A stretch of 64,000 nt of DNA, taken from the NCBI GenBank assembly GCA_051546255.1, contig CP128821.1, positions 62,001 to 126,000 on the forward strand, read 5' to 3'. This document shows, in pieces, positions 21,764-31,375 of this stretch. Below the pieces are notes generated by a model. The model worked only from the letters and a program-made list of their open reading frames with translations, did no database searches and was not told where the DNA came from. Every line of letters begins with the position of its first letter. Within the stretch, counting starts at the first letter, position 1. Source of the stretch: Meyerozyma guilliermondii. Lineage: Eukaryota. A program made the position numbers and the translations under genes.

Positions 21764-22675
21764 ATGCGTTTAGGCATAATATTGGGTTTCTGTGCTGTTG
21801 CTGCTCTCGACATCTCCTTCACAAACGAAACTGACGAAATTTTGCAGCGGGACAAATCAAAAATCCAGGACTCGCTCATTGCGCTTCGAGGATTTTTGAG
21901 CGCACATCGAAACGAATCGAAGGACCTTGGAGACCATACGAGACCGGAGCCAGCCAGTACCGAAGTCGACATCTTTTCGACCTTGACAACTATAAGTTCT
22001 TCAACTTTAAGCTCTACAACTTTTTTAAGTCTGACAAGCTCGTCAACTTCTTCAGATCCAGAACCAGCGCTTGGTTTTTCGCCCAGAGATGCAAGAAACA
22101 ACTTGAGAGCCGAAGCCAAGCTACACATCCTGCCCCAGTTCCAGAATCACAACCCAAATAGCGAGCCAGTAGTGCCTTTGGTGTACGCCAAGCCGAAGGA
22201 ATCATGGTTAAATGTGCACAAAAACGTTCCAAGTCACAACGAAGACACTACCATTTCTGAGGAAACTTCAACCATTCTAGAGGAGGAATGGACCGCAGAA
22301 ACGTTCTGGAATCTACCACAAAGCACCGTTTCTCTGGGCTCGGTAACTATTGAAGTTAACAAGACCGATTCTGTCGAAACCACATCTGCTAATTTTCAAG
22401 TTTACGATTCACTTCGGCTCCAATCCGAGTATGCCAGACTCCAGTCCACCGTTTCTATAACTACCACGCTGAATCTGGAGCCTACAAATCCTCCCTCGGC
22501 TCCAGACCAACGGCTTTGGCGAAACTCTCAACTCAACCGTACACGGCGAAGACGAGGAAAAGCTCCAAGAAAAAAACTCCAGTTTCCCAGACTCGACTGG
22601 ATCAAGCTGGAGGGCACAAGGGTCAAGGTTCCGAGCCTAATTCCGTATTTTCTCATAGCACTACTCACTATCTAA
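21764..22675 (+). CDS. Putative secreted/GPI-anchored Ser/Thr-rich protein, unknown function
   Basis: Hydrophobic N-terminus MRLGIILGFCAVAA, S/T-rich core, hydrophobic C-terminus. Confidence 0.7.
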   Translation: MRLGIILGFCAVAALDISFTNETDEILQRDKSKIQDSLIALRGFLSAHRNESKDLGDHTRPEPASTEVDIFSTLTTISSSTLSSTTFLSLTSSSTSSDPEPALGFSPRDARNNLRAEAKLHILPQFQNHNPNSEPVVPLVYAKPKESWLNVHKNVPSHNEDTTISEETSTILEEEWTAETFWNLPQSTVSLGSVTIEVNKTDSVETTSANFQVYDSLRLQSEYARLQSTVSITTTLNLEPTNPPSAPDQRLWRNSQLNRTRRRRGKAPRKKLQFPRLDWIKLEGTRVKVPSLIPYFLIALLTI

Positions 22676-22839
22676 TCTAATTGCAGCCATTATCGCCGTA
22701 GCACCCAACCACCAATAGCGTAACCTATTTCACCCAACCACCAGATCTGAATTGAGTTCTCACCGAGTTTCACTTCCAACCACCATAGCGATCTCACTGT
22801 ATTTATCGTCACCGCTTAGACAATTCACACCAGCTCACC

Positions 22840-23628
22840 ATGGCACCGCAGAAGAGCAGTGGCACCCAGGAGCCCCGGAAACGAGCCAAAGGAGAAAACT
22901 CCAAAAATTCATCGACTTTGAATAAATCGGAAAAATCAACGTCGGTAAACAAATTGTCATTTTATGAAAAACACGAAGTACCCAGAAAGGTTTTCCACTC
23001 GTTTGCTGGTGGTGCTACGTTGATCTTCTACGTTTTAGGCTGGCAAACCTCAGATTTTATCATACCGTTTATTATATTTGCCCTGGGATTTATTATTCAA
23101 GACTTTTTCCGATTGAGAAATCCTGCTTTGAACGATTGGCTTATTGACAAGTTTAAGATATTTATGCGTCCGTCAGAACGCCACCTGTACAACGGTATCA
23201 TTTTCTACCAGCTAGGCTTGCTCTTTCTTTTCGTGGTTTTTCCCAAGGATATCTGTATCATGGGTACACTTTTTTTGAGTTGGGGCGACACGTTTGCGTC
23301 TTTTGTGGGGCGAGAATTCGGCAAATATACCCCCAAGATTTCCGAGAGAAAGTCTGTGGCCGGGTGCATTGGTAGTTTTTTGGTAGGATCTTTGTCGTGC
23401 TACCTTTTTTACGGCTATCTCGTTCCAACTTTCAAGGTGGACTTACCAGGCCAATTGTTATGGACTCCACAAACTTCCAGACTTTCGCTACACAGCTACG
23501 CGTTTGCCAGCGGCGTGATTTGTAGCGTTTCGGAGGCATTTGATGTGTTCAATATAGACGACAACCTCACGATCCCCGTTCTTGGCGGCAGTCTTTTGTA
23601 TACGGTTGTATATTTCTTTAGAGTTTAA
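22840..23628 (+). CDS. DGK1: CTP-dependent diacylglycerol kinase
   Basis: KHEVPRKVFHS, LSWGDTFASFVGR, KSVAG, DDNLTIPV. Confidence 0.92.
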   Translation: MAPQKSSGTQEPRKRAKGENSKNSSTLNKSEKSTSVNKLSFYEKHEVPRKVFHSFAGGATLIFYVLGWQTSDFIIPFIIFALGFIIQDFFRLRNPALNDWLIDKFKIFMRPSERHLYNGIIFYQLGLLFLFVVFPKDICIMGTLFLSWGDTFASFVGREFGKYTPKISERKSVAGCIGSFLVGSLSCYLFYGYLVPTFKVDLPGQLLWTPQTSRLSLHSYAFASGVICSVSEAFDVFNIDDNLTIPVLGGSLLYTVVYFFRV

Positions 23629-24247
23629 TTCCTTGTCTAACGTTTTCGTATTCTTCATAAGTCATGTCATACTTGAGCCCATCGTATCTTTCCAACTGTA
23701 ACCATCCTTCTTCAAGTCCTTTCTGGTAAAATTGGGGTGTTTTAGACTTGGAAATATTGCCATAATCTGCCTTCCGTAACAAATACCAAACAGTAGTCAA
23801 CTTGTCCCAGCCTTGCTCCGAGGCCACACTGGGCAAAAACGTGCCAGAATAGTACCCACCATCAAGGGTGAAGCTCAATTTCAATCCATGAGCTCCAATA
23901 TCCCAATTGTCCCATTTAGTAATCGGAGTGAAATTTGCCAATAACGTCACCGAAACCTCCAAGGAAGCCAATTCGCTCAGTTTGATTGGAGGAAACCTTG
24001 TATCGCGCAACGCAGCCGTCAATGCAAATTTCTGGATACCTTTTTCCGTTTCTTGTGGCTGAAACGTACCGATGCACCCCCGCAAATTGCCATTTTTGTC
24101 CCATGTTACAAACAACGGAGCCAGATTTGGAATGGATTTCAAGTCCTCATTGAGCTCCTTGGCGAACTGGGACAAGGAAACGGGCGAAAAATCTGGTTTA
24201 AGTTTTCTGGAAAGTGTATCGAAAGCCACACAGCAAAGGGACTTCAT
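23618..24247 (-). CDS. AMMECR1-family protein (YOR289W-like)
   Basis: PLFVTW..LRGCIGTF, ALRDTRFPPI, TFLPSVASEQGW; first ATG at 24247. Confidence 0.92.
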   Translation of the reverse strand: MKSLCCVAFDTLSRKLKPDFSPVSLSQFAKELNEDLKSIPNLAPLFVTWDKNGNLRGCIGTFQPQETEKGIQKFALTAALRDTRFPPIKLSELASLEVSVTLLANFTPITKWDNWDIGAHGLKLSFTLDGGYYSGTFLPSVASEQGWDKLTTVWYLLRKADYGNISKSKTPQFYQKGLEEGWLQLERYDGLKYDMTYEEYENVRQGIKL

Positions 24248-24285
24248 TGCGATAAGAAGAGCGCGAATTGGGTGCAAATGCGAAG

Positions 24286-24365
24286 AGTGAGAAAAATAGT
24301 GAGAAAAATAGTGAGAAAAATAGTGAGAAGAATAGTGAGAAAAGTAGTGAGAAGAATAGTGAGAG
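24286..24365. repeat. 12-bp tandem repeat AGTGAGAA(A/G)A(A/G)T, about 6.5 copies
   Basis: Units start at 24286, 24298, 24310, 24322, 24334, 24346, 24358. Confidence 0.95.
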
Positions 24366-24452
24366 AAACGAATAGAGAATAAAGAGAAGAAATGAACGTT
24401 AATCTAAACGGAAACAGTGAATTTTGAGAACTGAAATCTATTACATTTTAAG

Positions 24453-25622
24453 TTATTCTATACTTTGGGCCAAAAATGTAAATCCACTAAAGTACAATGC
24501 TTTGAGATTGTAAAGTTTGGTGAGCCCAACTATATCGTCAGGAATTGTAGAAGTGTCTATGCGGCAATGAAGGGCATTGAGAAGTACCAAGCTCGGCGGA
24601 AGCAAGCCATTGAGGATATCTGCCCACGCATTGTGGAGAAAATTTCCACACAAGTTGATATACTCTACTTTGGATGGAAACTTGGCAATGGTAGCGATCA
24701 TATTATGGGCAAGGTCGATGGACTTGAGATGTGAAAAAGCTGGTGCCATAATCCATTCGAGGCTGGTGAGGTTATTTCCGGAGACATTGAAGTGGGTAAT
24801 TTGACATGTGGCTTGGGAAATGGAAATACTCATCAAATTATTGTTTGATAAATCCAATTTTTTCAAATTTGGAAGATTTTGCAAATTCAAAGTGGAGCTT
24901 GATAAATGGAAAATGTTGTTATTGGAAAGGTTTAGGGACTCGAGCAGCTCCGGAAACTGGATTCGATGCAAATTATAATCGGTAAGTCCATTAAAAGAGA
25001 TATCAAGATGCTTGATGGTGCTGGTATTAAAGGCACCTAGTTGTACCATAGTTGCTTCTGCGTTATGGTACAATAATGTGAGATGGGTAGCTGGGACCAG
25101 AGCCAAAAACTGACATGGTTTTTGCTGGGGCATATGGGATATCTGGTCGATACTAAAGGAATTCAATTTTTTAAATTGCTGCAAAAACCCATTTATGATA
25201 TTATCTTCATCTGTCAGGATGCAGCAAGTGGTCAGTATATGGATATTAAACACATTTGTAAACCGCTGCAAGCAATCCATATATTCGGCTATTTTCTTTG
25301 TGGAAGTTTCAACAAATGGCAGAAGTAAGAAAATACTAATTTGCTTGGGTCGAATGACAAGACGATGAAATTGAAGATATTTCAAAAGTGGTTCGTTAAG
25401 ATCAAGCACAGCATTCAGCATGTAGTTGGGAGCACAAATGGAAACGTTTTGGTTTTCATACATGGCGTAAAGTGCCATTTTACGAATTTCATCGTATTCT
25501 GAGTCTTGGTGACAATCGTTGAAAATGGTGTCAAGCCCGAACAAATACTTTAGGCAGCACGGTCTGAGAAAGGTCAAGATATGAAGGCTGATTTCCGGTG
25601 GTAATGAACATAGAAACTCCAT
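24453..25622 (-). CDS. F-box-like / leucine-rich-repeat protein
   Basis: N-terminal LCSLPPEISLHILTFL (F-box-like); LRRs LESLNLSNNNI, LKKLDLSNNNL, LKSIDLAHNMI. Confidence 0.8.
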   Translation of the reverse strand: MEFLCSLPPEISLHILTFLRPCCLKYLFGLDTIFNDCHQDSEYDEIRKMALYAMYENQNVSICAPNYMLNAVLDLNEPLLKYLQFHRLVIRPKQISIFLLLPFVETSTKKIAEYMDCLQRFTNVFNIHILTTCCILTDEDNIINGFLQQFKKLNSFSIDQISHMPQQKPCQFLALVPATHLTLLYHNAEATMVQLGAFNTSTIKHLDISFNGLTDYNLHRIQFPELLESLNLSNNNIFHLSSSTLNLQNLPNLKKLDLSNNNLMSISISQATCQITHFNVSGNNLTSLEWIMAPAFSHLKSIDLAHNMIATIAKFPSKVEYINLCGNFLHNAWADILNGLLPPSLVLLNALHCRIDTSTIPDDIVGLTKLYNLKALYFSGFTFLAQSIE

Positions 25623-25979
25623 TGAAGAACGCGGTGGAATCAGGATTTAAATATGTGCAGCATATAACCACTAAAGTAGTTTGCAGCCAAATGAGAAATG
25701 AGAGCGCGACCATAAATTGCTACTATTGAACAGGGAATTCAGAACAGAATAAGCATAAAAGATTTTGGAAAGGAACTCCAAGAGTCAGCATGAAAAACGA
25801 GAATGGTGCCAACCTACTAATAGAAGGCTTAATTACACAGCAGAACAAATCATGCATGAATTCAATGCATGATGCATCATCTAATATGCGCAGATCCTCG
25901 CACCTTCTACATATACACAAATCTGAATTGCCTTTTGGTAAGTGGTCGTTTGCGTCACGCCATCAAATCGGTATATGCC

Positions 25980-26034
25980 ATGCGGGATCCATGCGGAATC
26001 TATGCGGAATCTATGAGGGATGCATGCGGGAATG
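25980..26034. repeat. 11-bp tandem repeat (ATGCGG-AATCT-like), 5 imperfect copies
   Basis: ATGCGGGATCC ATGCGGAATCT ATGCGGAATCT ATGAGGGATGC ATGCGGGAATG. Confidence 0.9.
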
Positions 26035-26103
26035 TCGCATGTCGTGCAGCCCAATGCTCGTCTCGCATAAATTTGGGGTGTTCACTCGGCTACGCAGCAA
26101 GCC

Positions 26104-26511
26104 ATGGGACTTTGTTACTCATGCCTCTATGGCGATGAAGATGACGGCAATAATAACGAGCGTAGTTCGTTGTTGCAAAACCACCAACTTTACTCGGAAG
26201 AAAATCTACAAGAAGAAGTAAAAAAACAACAACAGAGACAAAATGAGTTGGCAGGAATCGTCAATGAACTTTCTGACAATTTGATAGACGTAAGCACTTT
26301 TATGAGTAATCCAACTGGCTTGGAAAATAGTACTCAGAACATATCGTTTCTGGTGCACACAGAAGGTGAAGGAGGAATCGATAAGCCAAATACCACTTTT
26401 CTCACCAACGACGAGAAACAAAATGTTTTGGATGCAGTCAGTCAGCTTGACGAGACAACGAAAAAGCGATGCCAAATTACCAATTCGCAGCCGTTATACT
26501 TGACATTTTAG
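26104..26511 (+). CDS. MEH1: EGO complex anchor Meh1/Ego1 (LAMTOR1-like)
   Basis: MGLCYSC acylation motif, ERSSLL dileucine signal, LAGIVNELSDNLIDV. Confidence 0.8.
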   Translation: MGLCYSCLYGDEDDGNNNERSSLLQNHQLYSEENLQEEVKKQQQRQNELAGIVNELSDNLIDVSTFMSNPTGLENSTQNISFLVHTEGEGGIDKPNTTFLTNDEKQNVLDAVSQLDETTKKRCQITNSQPLYLTF

Positions 26512-27622
26512 TTTGCTGAATTATGGCTAATATGCTAAATTTGGCCCACTGGTGCTGCGATGTGCATATTTGGACTAAGATTTCCTGCGGCCAGTATCGC
26601 CGCCATCTGCAGCTACGGCATTGGGCTGAAACTTGCAGGTATGAAAACCGGGAACGACGCTTCGTCGTTACGTAAGCTGAGGACAAGAACAATAGTTGCT
26701 AAGAGATTCAGGGGCCGAATAAGCGAATTACAGGTTATGCGGACTCAATTGCGCATACCGAACAAGGAATTAGAGTTACGAATCAAGAAATGGTCTCCGA
26801 ACTGGCCGCGAGACTACGATCGATAGACCGGCGATAAATACAACTATTAATTACATCTCTTAATTCGTTTTTAAAATTATTTACTTTAATGTTACTCGAT
26901 GAGCGGAGTTTGTGGCTCGGGGTAATGCAGCTCTTCACCATCCCCGCTTAAATGACAAGACGCGCAATTCGGAGGTAATCAACGCATGACGCATCAAGGA
27001 TATCTACAATACCGGCCTGCACCCAGCGGGGCATTTCCCGCTCTCCGAGTAACCTGCAAAGTTTTGCGGGTTTAACAGGACTTAGCCCGGCCCCCCGCAC
27101 CCAAGTTCTATGTATGGAATACGCCGGCGTGCAGGTCATGCGGTTGGCGGGGTTGATCGTTGGGGGCGTAAAATCGCGAAAAGACCGCAGAAAATTGGCC
27201 GATAGTCAAGCAGCTCACCAAATATTCGTATGTGTTTGGTTAAGTTTCCACTCTTTCTTTCGTGGTTGTGAAAGTGTGGCCGGTACAGAGCAGATCCGGG
27301 CGTGCACCCGGGCTAATTCCGCCAGGTGCATATTCGGAGGGTGCATTGCGAGTTATATGCAGACCGCGAGCTGCATTTCGATGAATGCGCATAGTTCCCA
27401 CTCCGGGCTAGAAGAATTTAAGATCCTAATTCAGCAAGTAAGCCTCACACGTTTAAAAGCAGAACTTCCAGCTGTCATTCTTATTTCCTTCTGTTACGTT
27501 GAGGTTCAACTTGATTCAGATTAAATTAATCAATAGTAACCAATAAAAAATCACATAATCGTCCTAACCGTGATACTTGTACCCAACAGAGATTGGTCAG
27601 GCTCCCCAAATAGATATTGCCC

Positions 27623-28753
27623 ATGAGCACTCCTGAATTGTCATCGTTCCCCCACAGAAGTGACGACCATCATGCGGAGGCGGAAAACTTTTTGGACTTG
27701 ATGAACGCCGATATGGACTTTGAACAGGCGTTTTCCATGTACTCCAATTTGCAACAAAAAAATGCCATGAGTGGCGTTGAACAACTTCAAAAAGTCCAGA
27801 AACTTAACGAGCAGTTCATTTCTCAGCTCAACTCGCCACCACCAGTGGAAAGTGACGTACCGTCCTTTAATGGCTCGTTGAACCAACTCGCGCCACCGGT
27901 GGATGCTTTGGACCACCACAACAATAATTTCACTTTTGACCCGCCTTCGTTGGACAAATTCGAGTTCCAGCGCCACGACAAGCCGTTTCTCAACTCGGGT
28001 CCGCAAGAATACGACCAGTTTTTCTCCAACACCGAATCCGATGCGTTGGAGAAATTTTTGGATAATCTCGCCAACCCCACCGCCAACCCGCTTCTGATAT
28101 ACAACCATGGAGTTCCCACGGGGACCACCCAGCCGCTTGCGGACCTTAACAGTCTATATGACTTGCATACCATGAAATCCACGGTTCCTCCCACGCGGCA
28201 CCATTCCAATCCACTTCCTCATTTCAACGACAACCTCAAACAGGAACTTAACGATGCATTTGGCTACCCGCAGCGCCCGGTAGATACGCAGCTTCCTACG
28301 CCTATGGATAGCCGCCAGCTGTCGTCGTCGCTGTTCCAAAAAACGTCTCCTAAAAGACCGTACGACTACTCTGACGACTTGCTGCTGCATGCTTCGCTCT
28401 CTACGCCGCCTTCCTCGTCGCCGCTGGGCAGCCTGAGGATGGCTAAAAAGCAGAAAAAGACTCAGCGGCCGCTTTTGTCGTTGGAACAAAAACGGTTGAA
28501 TCACTCCCACTCGGAACAAAAGAGAAGACAGTTGTGTAAAACCGCTTACGATAGGTGCTTGCGCCTCGTGACAAACATCCACGACTACCACATGAATGAC
28601 GAAGCACAAACGAAGAAGAAACTGAAGAGAAGACAAATGACCAAGGATGGACTTCCCAACTTGTCGAAACACACAGCGTTAATGAAAATCTCGGGTGAGA
28701 TTTGCAAATTGAAACAAAAGAACGACAAGATAAAGCAGCTCTTGGGCGTTTGA
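27623..28753 (+). CDS. bHLH transcription factor, Ino2-like
   Basis: KRLNHSHSEQKRRQLCK basic helix and LSKHTALMKI helix 2; ESDALEKFLD activation-type motif; first ATG at 27623. Confidence 0.8.
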   Translation: MSTPELSSFPHRSDDHHAEAENFLDLMNADMDFEQAFSMYSNLQQKNAMSGVEQLQKVQKLNEQFISQLNSPPPVESDVPSFNGSLNQLAPPVDALDHHNNNFTFDPPSLDKFEFQRHDKPFLNSGPQEYDQFFSNTESDALEKFLDNLANPTANPLLIYNHGVPTGTTQPLADLNSLYDLHTMKSTVPPTRHHSNPLPHFNDNLKQELNDAFGYPQRPVDTQLPTPMDSRQLSSSLFQKTSPKRPYDYSDDLLLHASLSTPPSSSPLGSLRMAKKQKKTQRPLLSLEQKRLNHSHSEQKRRQLCKTAYDRCLRLVTNIHDYHMNDEAQTKKKLKRRQMTKDGLPNLSKHTALMKISGEICKLKQKNDKIKQLLGV

Positions 28754-29493
28754 TGGGTTAGCTTCTGCTATGTATTAATATTACGACGATATAAGAAAAT
28801 TACTGATGAGTTTTCTGTGTTCTGTATTTTCTGTATTCTGCTCGACTATGTCTCCCTCGTAATCATACTTTAAAGTTGTAGACTTTCATTTCAGTTTCAG
28901 TTATTATTCAATTTAAGCTTCAACCAAATTGCTCTTCTTGGCATTTACTCATTTCAGTAATAATTAGAATTCTTCTGAATGACTTCCAAATGATTTTCTA
29001 AATGACTTCAGTAGACTTTAGACTAAACTTTGTCATTGTAATTGAGGTGTTTTATGCCTAACTTGGTACTGATCGTCACTGTAGTAGGGAACAGTTTATT
29101 TTGAGAACTTGAAGACTCGACTTTTGAACTTCACAATTGCTCTCATCCTCGGTTCTAGGTTTTATTTGTGCATTTCAGTGGTGAGATCGCTGACTTTCTA
29201 TTGAAATGAACTACCCAAAGCGAAAGTTCATCTTGGTTTGTCTTGATTTCAGTATCGAAGTTTCAGTCACTTTGTTTTGTCAGTGTCATTTTCACAATAC
29301 TTGCCATTCTCCGTCTCTCATTCCTTCACTTCTCACTCATTTTCATCAATTTTCATTAATATCTACTTTCAATATTCATTATCGTTCTCACTCATTTTTC
29401 ACTTCTCACTCAAATCTGATTTTCAATCGATTCGCATTTTCTCATTTTATTCAATTCTCATTTCAATCAATTCTTTCTTTACACTCATTCTCC

Positions 29494-31182
29494 ATGTCCA
29501 GCCATCCGGCCCTCGACTTGTCCATTGGAAACGACGACCAGGTGGCCCAGCTCTCCAAGCTTCTACCTGTCCATCTTCCAAATGACTCCCAACACCAAAA
29601 TAAGCTTGAAAAATTGAGAAATTCCAACGCGTACATTTTCGTGTTGAGCTGGCTTTATCAGTGCCGAGGATTTGTCAAGCTCCAAAACGAGCATTTCGAT
29701 GCGGATTTGTTCGAAATAGAGCTCCTTAACCTTGTATCTCCGCCTCCCGTGGACGACTCCGTACTTTTCATCAACAAATTGAAAGTCGGATTGATCGTGG
29801 CTCTTCGAGGTGGAGGAGCAAAAAATGCTTCTTCAGACGAATTTGAAGCGGTTTTCCGTGAATGGTTTGGAATCGAGACGCCGTTGGGAGGCGCAGTGGA
29901 CGAAAACGACGAAACTCCCCAACTCCAATTCGACTATTTGTTCATCGAAAGCAAGATCGATGTGCTCTATATGGTCATTTCTTACATTTCCAGCTACTCG
30001 CAGTTCCGGGCGTTTATCGACCGCCACCAGCTCACTTCAGACGACCTCAAACCGGAGGTTCTTCACTCGGAATTGGTGGAGGAAAACGAGTCGATGGACT
30101 ATATTCTCATGTTCGACAATACCAGATTATACAAAAGAACCGTTATTTGCCCCGAACTTGTGGTCCCCAAGAAGCGTGCCGCCGCTCCAGGAGAGCCTGA
30201 AGCCCATTTTGGCGCCGAAAAGTTCGATGTAACTGCCGTGGAGTACGAATTGGTGTTCAAAGATATCTACAAATTGGACGAATTTCTCAAGCTGATTCCG
30301 AAAAAGAGCAAAAAATTGAAGGACTTGAGAGCAGCGCTCGCCAGCGACGCCGTAGTAGACTCCATGTTCTATGCTGAGATCAGAAAGCGCAAGATTCTCT
30401 CGCATAGAAGGAAGGAATTGCAGTTGGCTAACCTTTTGGCAACAAGGAAAAAATCGACAAGAATTGAAGCTAGAGAGCGTGAAAGACAAAGAGATCTTCA
30501 ATTGCAGCGCCAAAAGCAGGAAGAAGAAATGAGAGCTGCGGCAGAAAGTCGTCTTGAAAGACGAAGAATGGCAAGAGAACAAGCCAGTAATTCGTACGTT
30601 TCACCCACGCCAACAGCCATGACTCGAGAAGAAAGACTCCGTCTCAGACAAGCAAAAACCCAGTCTCCGTCTAATTCACCGGCTCCAGAAAAGGAGGAAA
30701 TAAAGAAGGAAGAAAATGAAAATGTTCAGCAAGATTCTGAGCTTCAAGCTTCTACTTTTGAGCCTCAAGCTTCTACGGTATTTGAGCCCCAATCTTCTGC
30801 CTTTGAGCCACAACCTTCTACGGCTATTGAGCCCCGCGTTTTTGGGTCCTCAGCGTCTACTGGTCCTATTGTTACCGAGCCTCTTACCCATGAGCCCCCG
30901 GCTAAAAGAGCCAAAATCGAACCTCCTCATTTTCCATCCTCCACGAGCAATATGCCTCAATGGGGCAATTTCAACCACCAGCAGTACCCCATACCAAGCC
31001 ACCAATCTTCTGAAGTTCAAACCTTCCCACAGCAACAAATTTCGCAGCCGCCCGTACAATGGCCTAACGCAGCAACTGCGGAGAGCACAGCCGTGCATAA
31101 TCATCATGCAATGCAGCCAAATTCCCCGAAAGCACAACACCCGTCTAATGCGTCTTCCATTCATCCAGATAACCTAAATTAG
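29494..31182 (+). CDS. Putative chromatin protein (DDT/WHIM-like N-terminus, charged coiled coil, P/Q-rich tail)
   Basis: First plausible ATG at 29494 after a CT-rich leader; RKKSTRI followed by an E/R coiled coil; FEPQ(A/S/P)S repeats at about 30740-30840. Domain call is tentative. Confidence 0.6.
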   Translation: MSSHPALDLSIGNDDQVAQLSKLLPVHLPNDSQHQNKLEKLRNSNAYIFVLSWLYQCRGFVKLQNEHFDADLFEIELLNLVSPPPVDDSVLFINKLKVGLIVALRGGGAKNASSDEFEAVFREWFGIETPLGGAVDENDETPQLQFDYLFIESKIDVLYMVISYISSYSQFRAFIDRHQLTSDDLKPEVLHSELVEENESMDYILMFDNTRLYKRTVICPELVVPKKRAAAPGEPEAHFGAEKFDVTAVEYELVFKDIYKLDEFLKLIPKKSKKLKDLRAALASDAVVDSMFYAEIRKRKILSHRRKELQLANLLATRKKSTRIEARERERQRDLQLQRQKQEEEMRAAAESRLERRRMAREQASNSYVSPTPTAMTREERLRLRQAKTQSPSNSPAPEKEEIKKEENENVQQDSELQASTFEPQASTVFEPQSSAFEPQPSTAIEPRVFGSSASTGPIVTEPLTHEPPAKRAKIEPPHFPSSTSNMPQWGNFNHQQYPIPSHQSSEVQTFPQQQISQPPVQWPNAATAESTAVHNHHAMQPNSPKAQHPSNASSIHPDNLN

Positions 31183-31375
31183 TTCCGTAACTCCCCTCCT
31201 TCCCCGCCTTTACCACATTAGGGCCCTGCGTGACGCAACTGTCGTAACGCAAAACTGCCGTAATGCATGCCGTAACGTATGCCGTAACTCGCGTCGCGAA
31301 CTCCGATATGCAAACTCCGACAATTGTACATTATGCCATGGTTATTATTATGTACGAAGTAAATAAATGATAGCA

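Noticed and set aside
24053..24382. ORF with IVRK repeats
   Set aside because: Artefact of the 12-bp minisatellite, antisense to the AMMECR1-like gene.
29206..29493. Phe/Ser/His-rich N-terminal extension and overlapping ORF 29277-29585
   Set aside because: Translation of a pyrimidine-rich leader; protein-like sequence begins at 29494.
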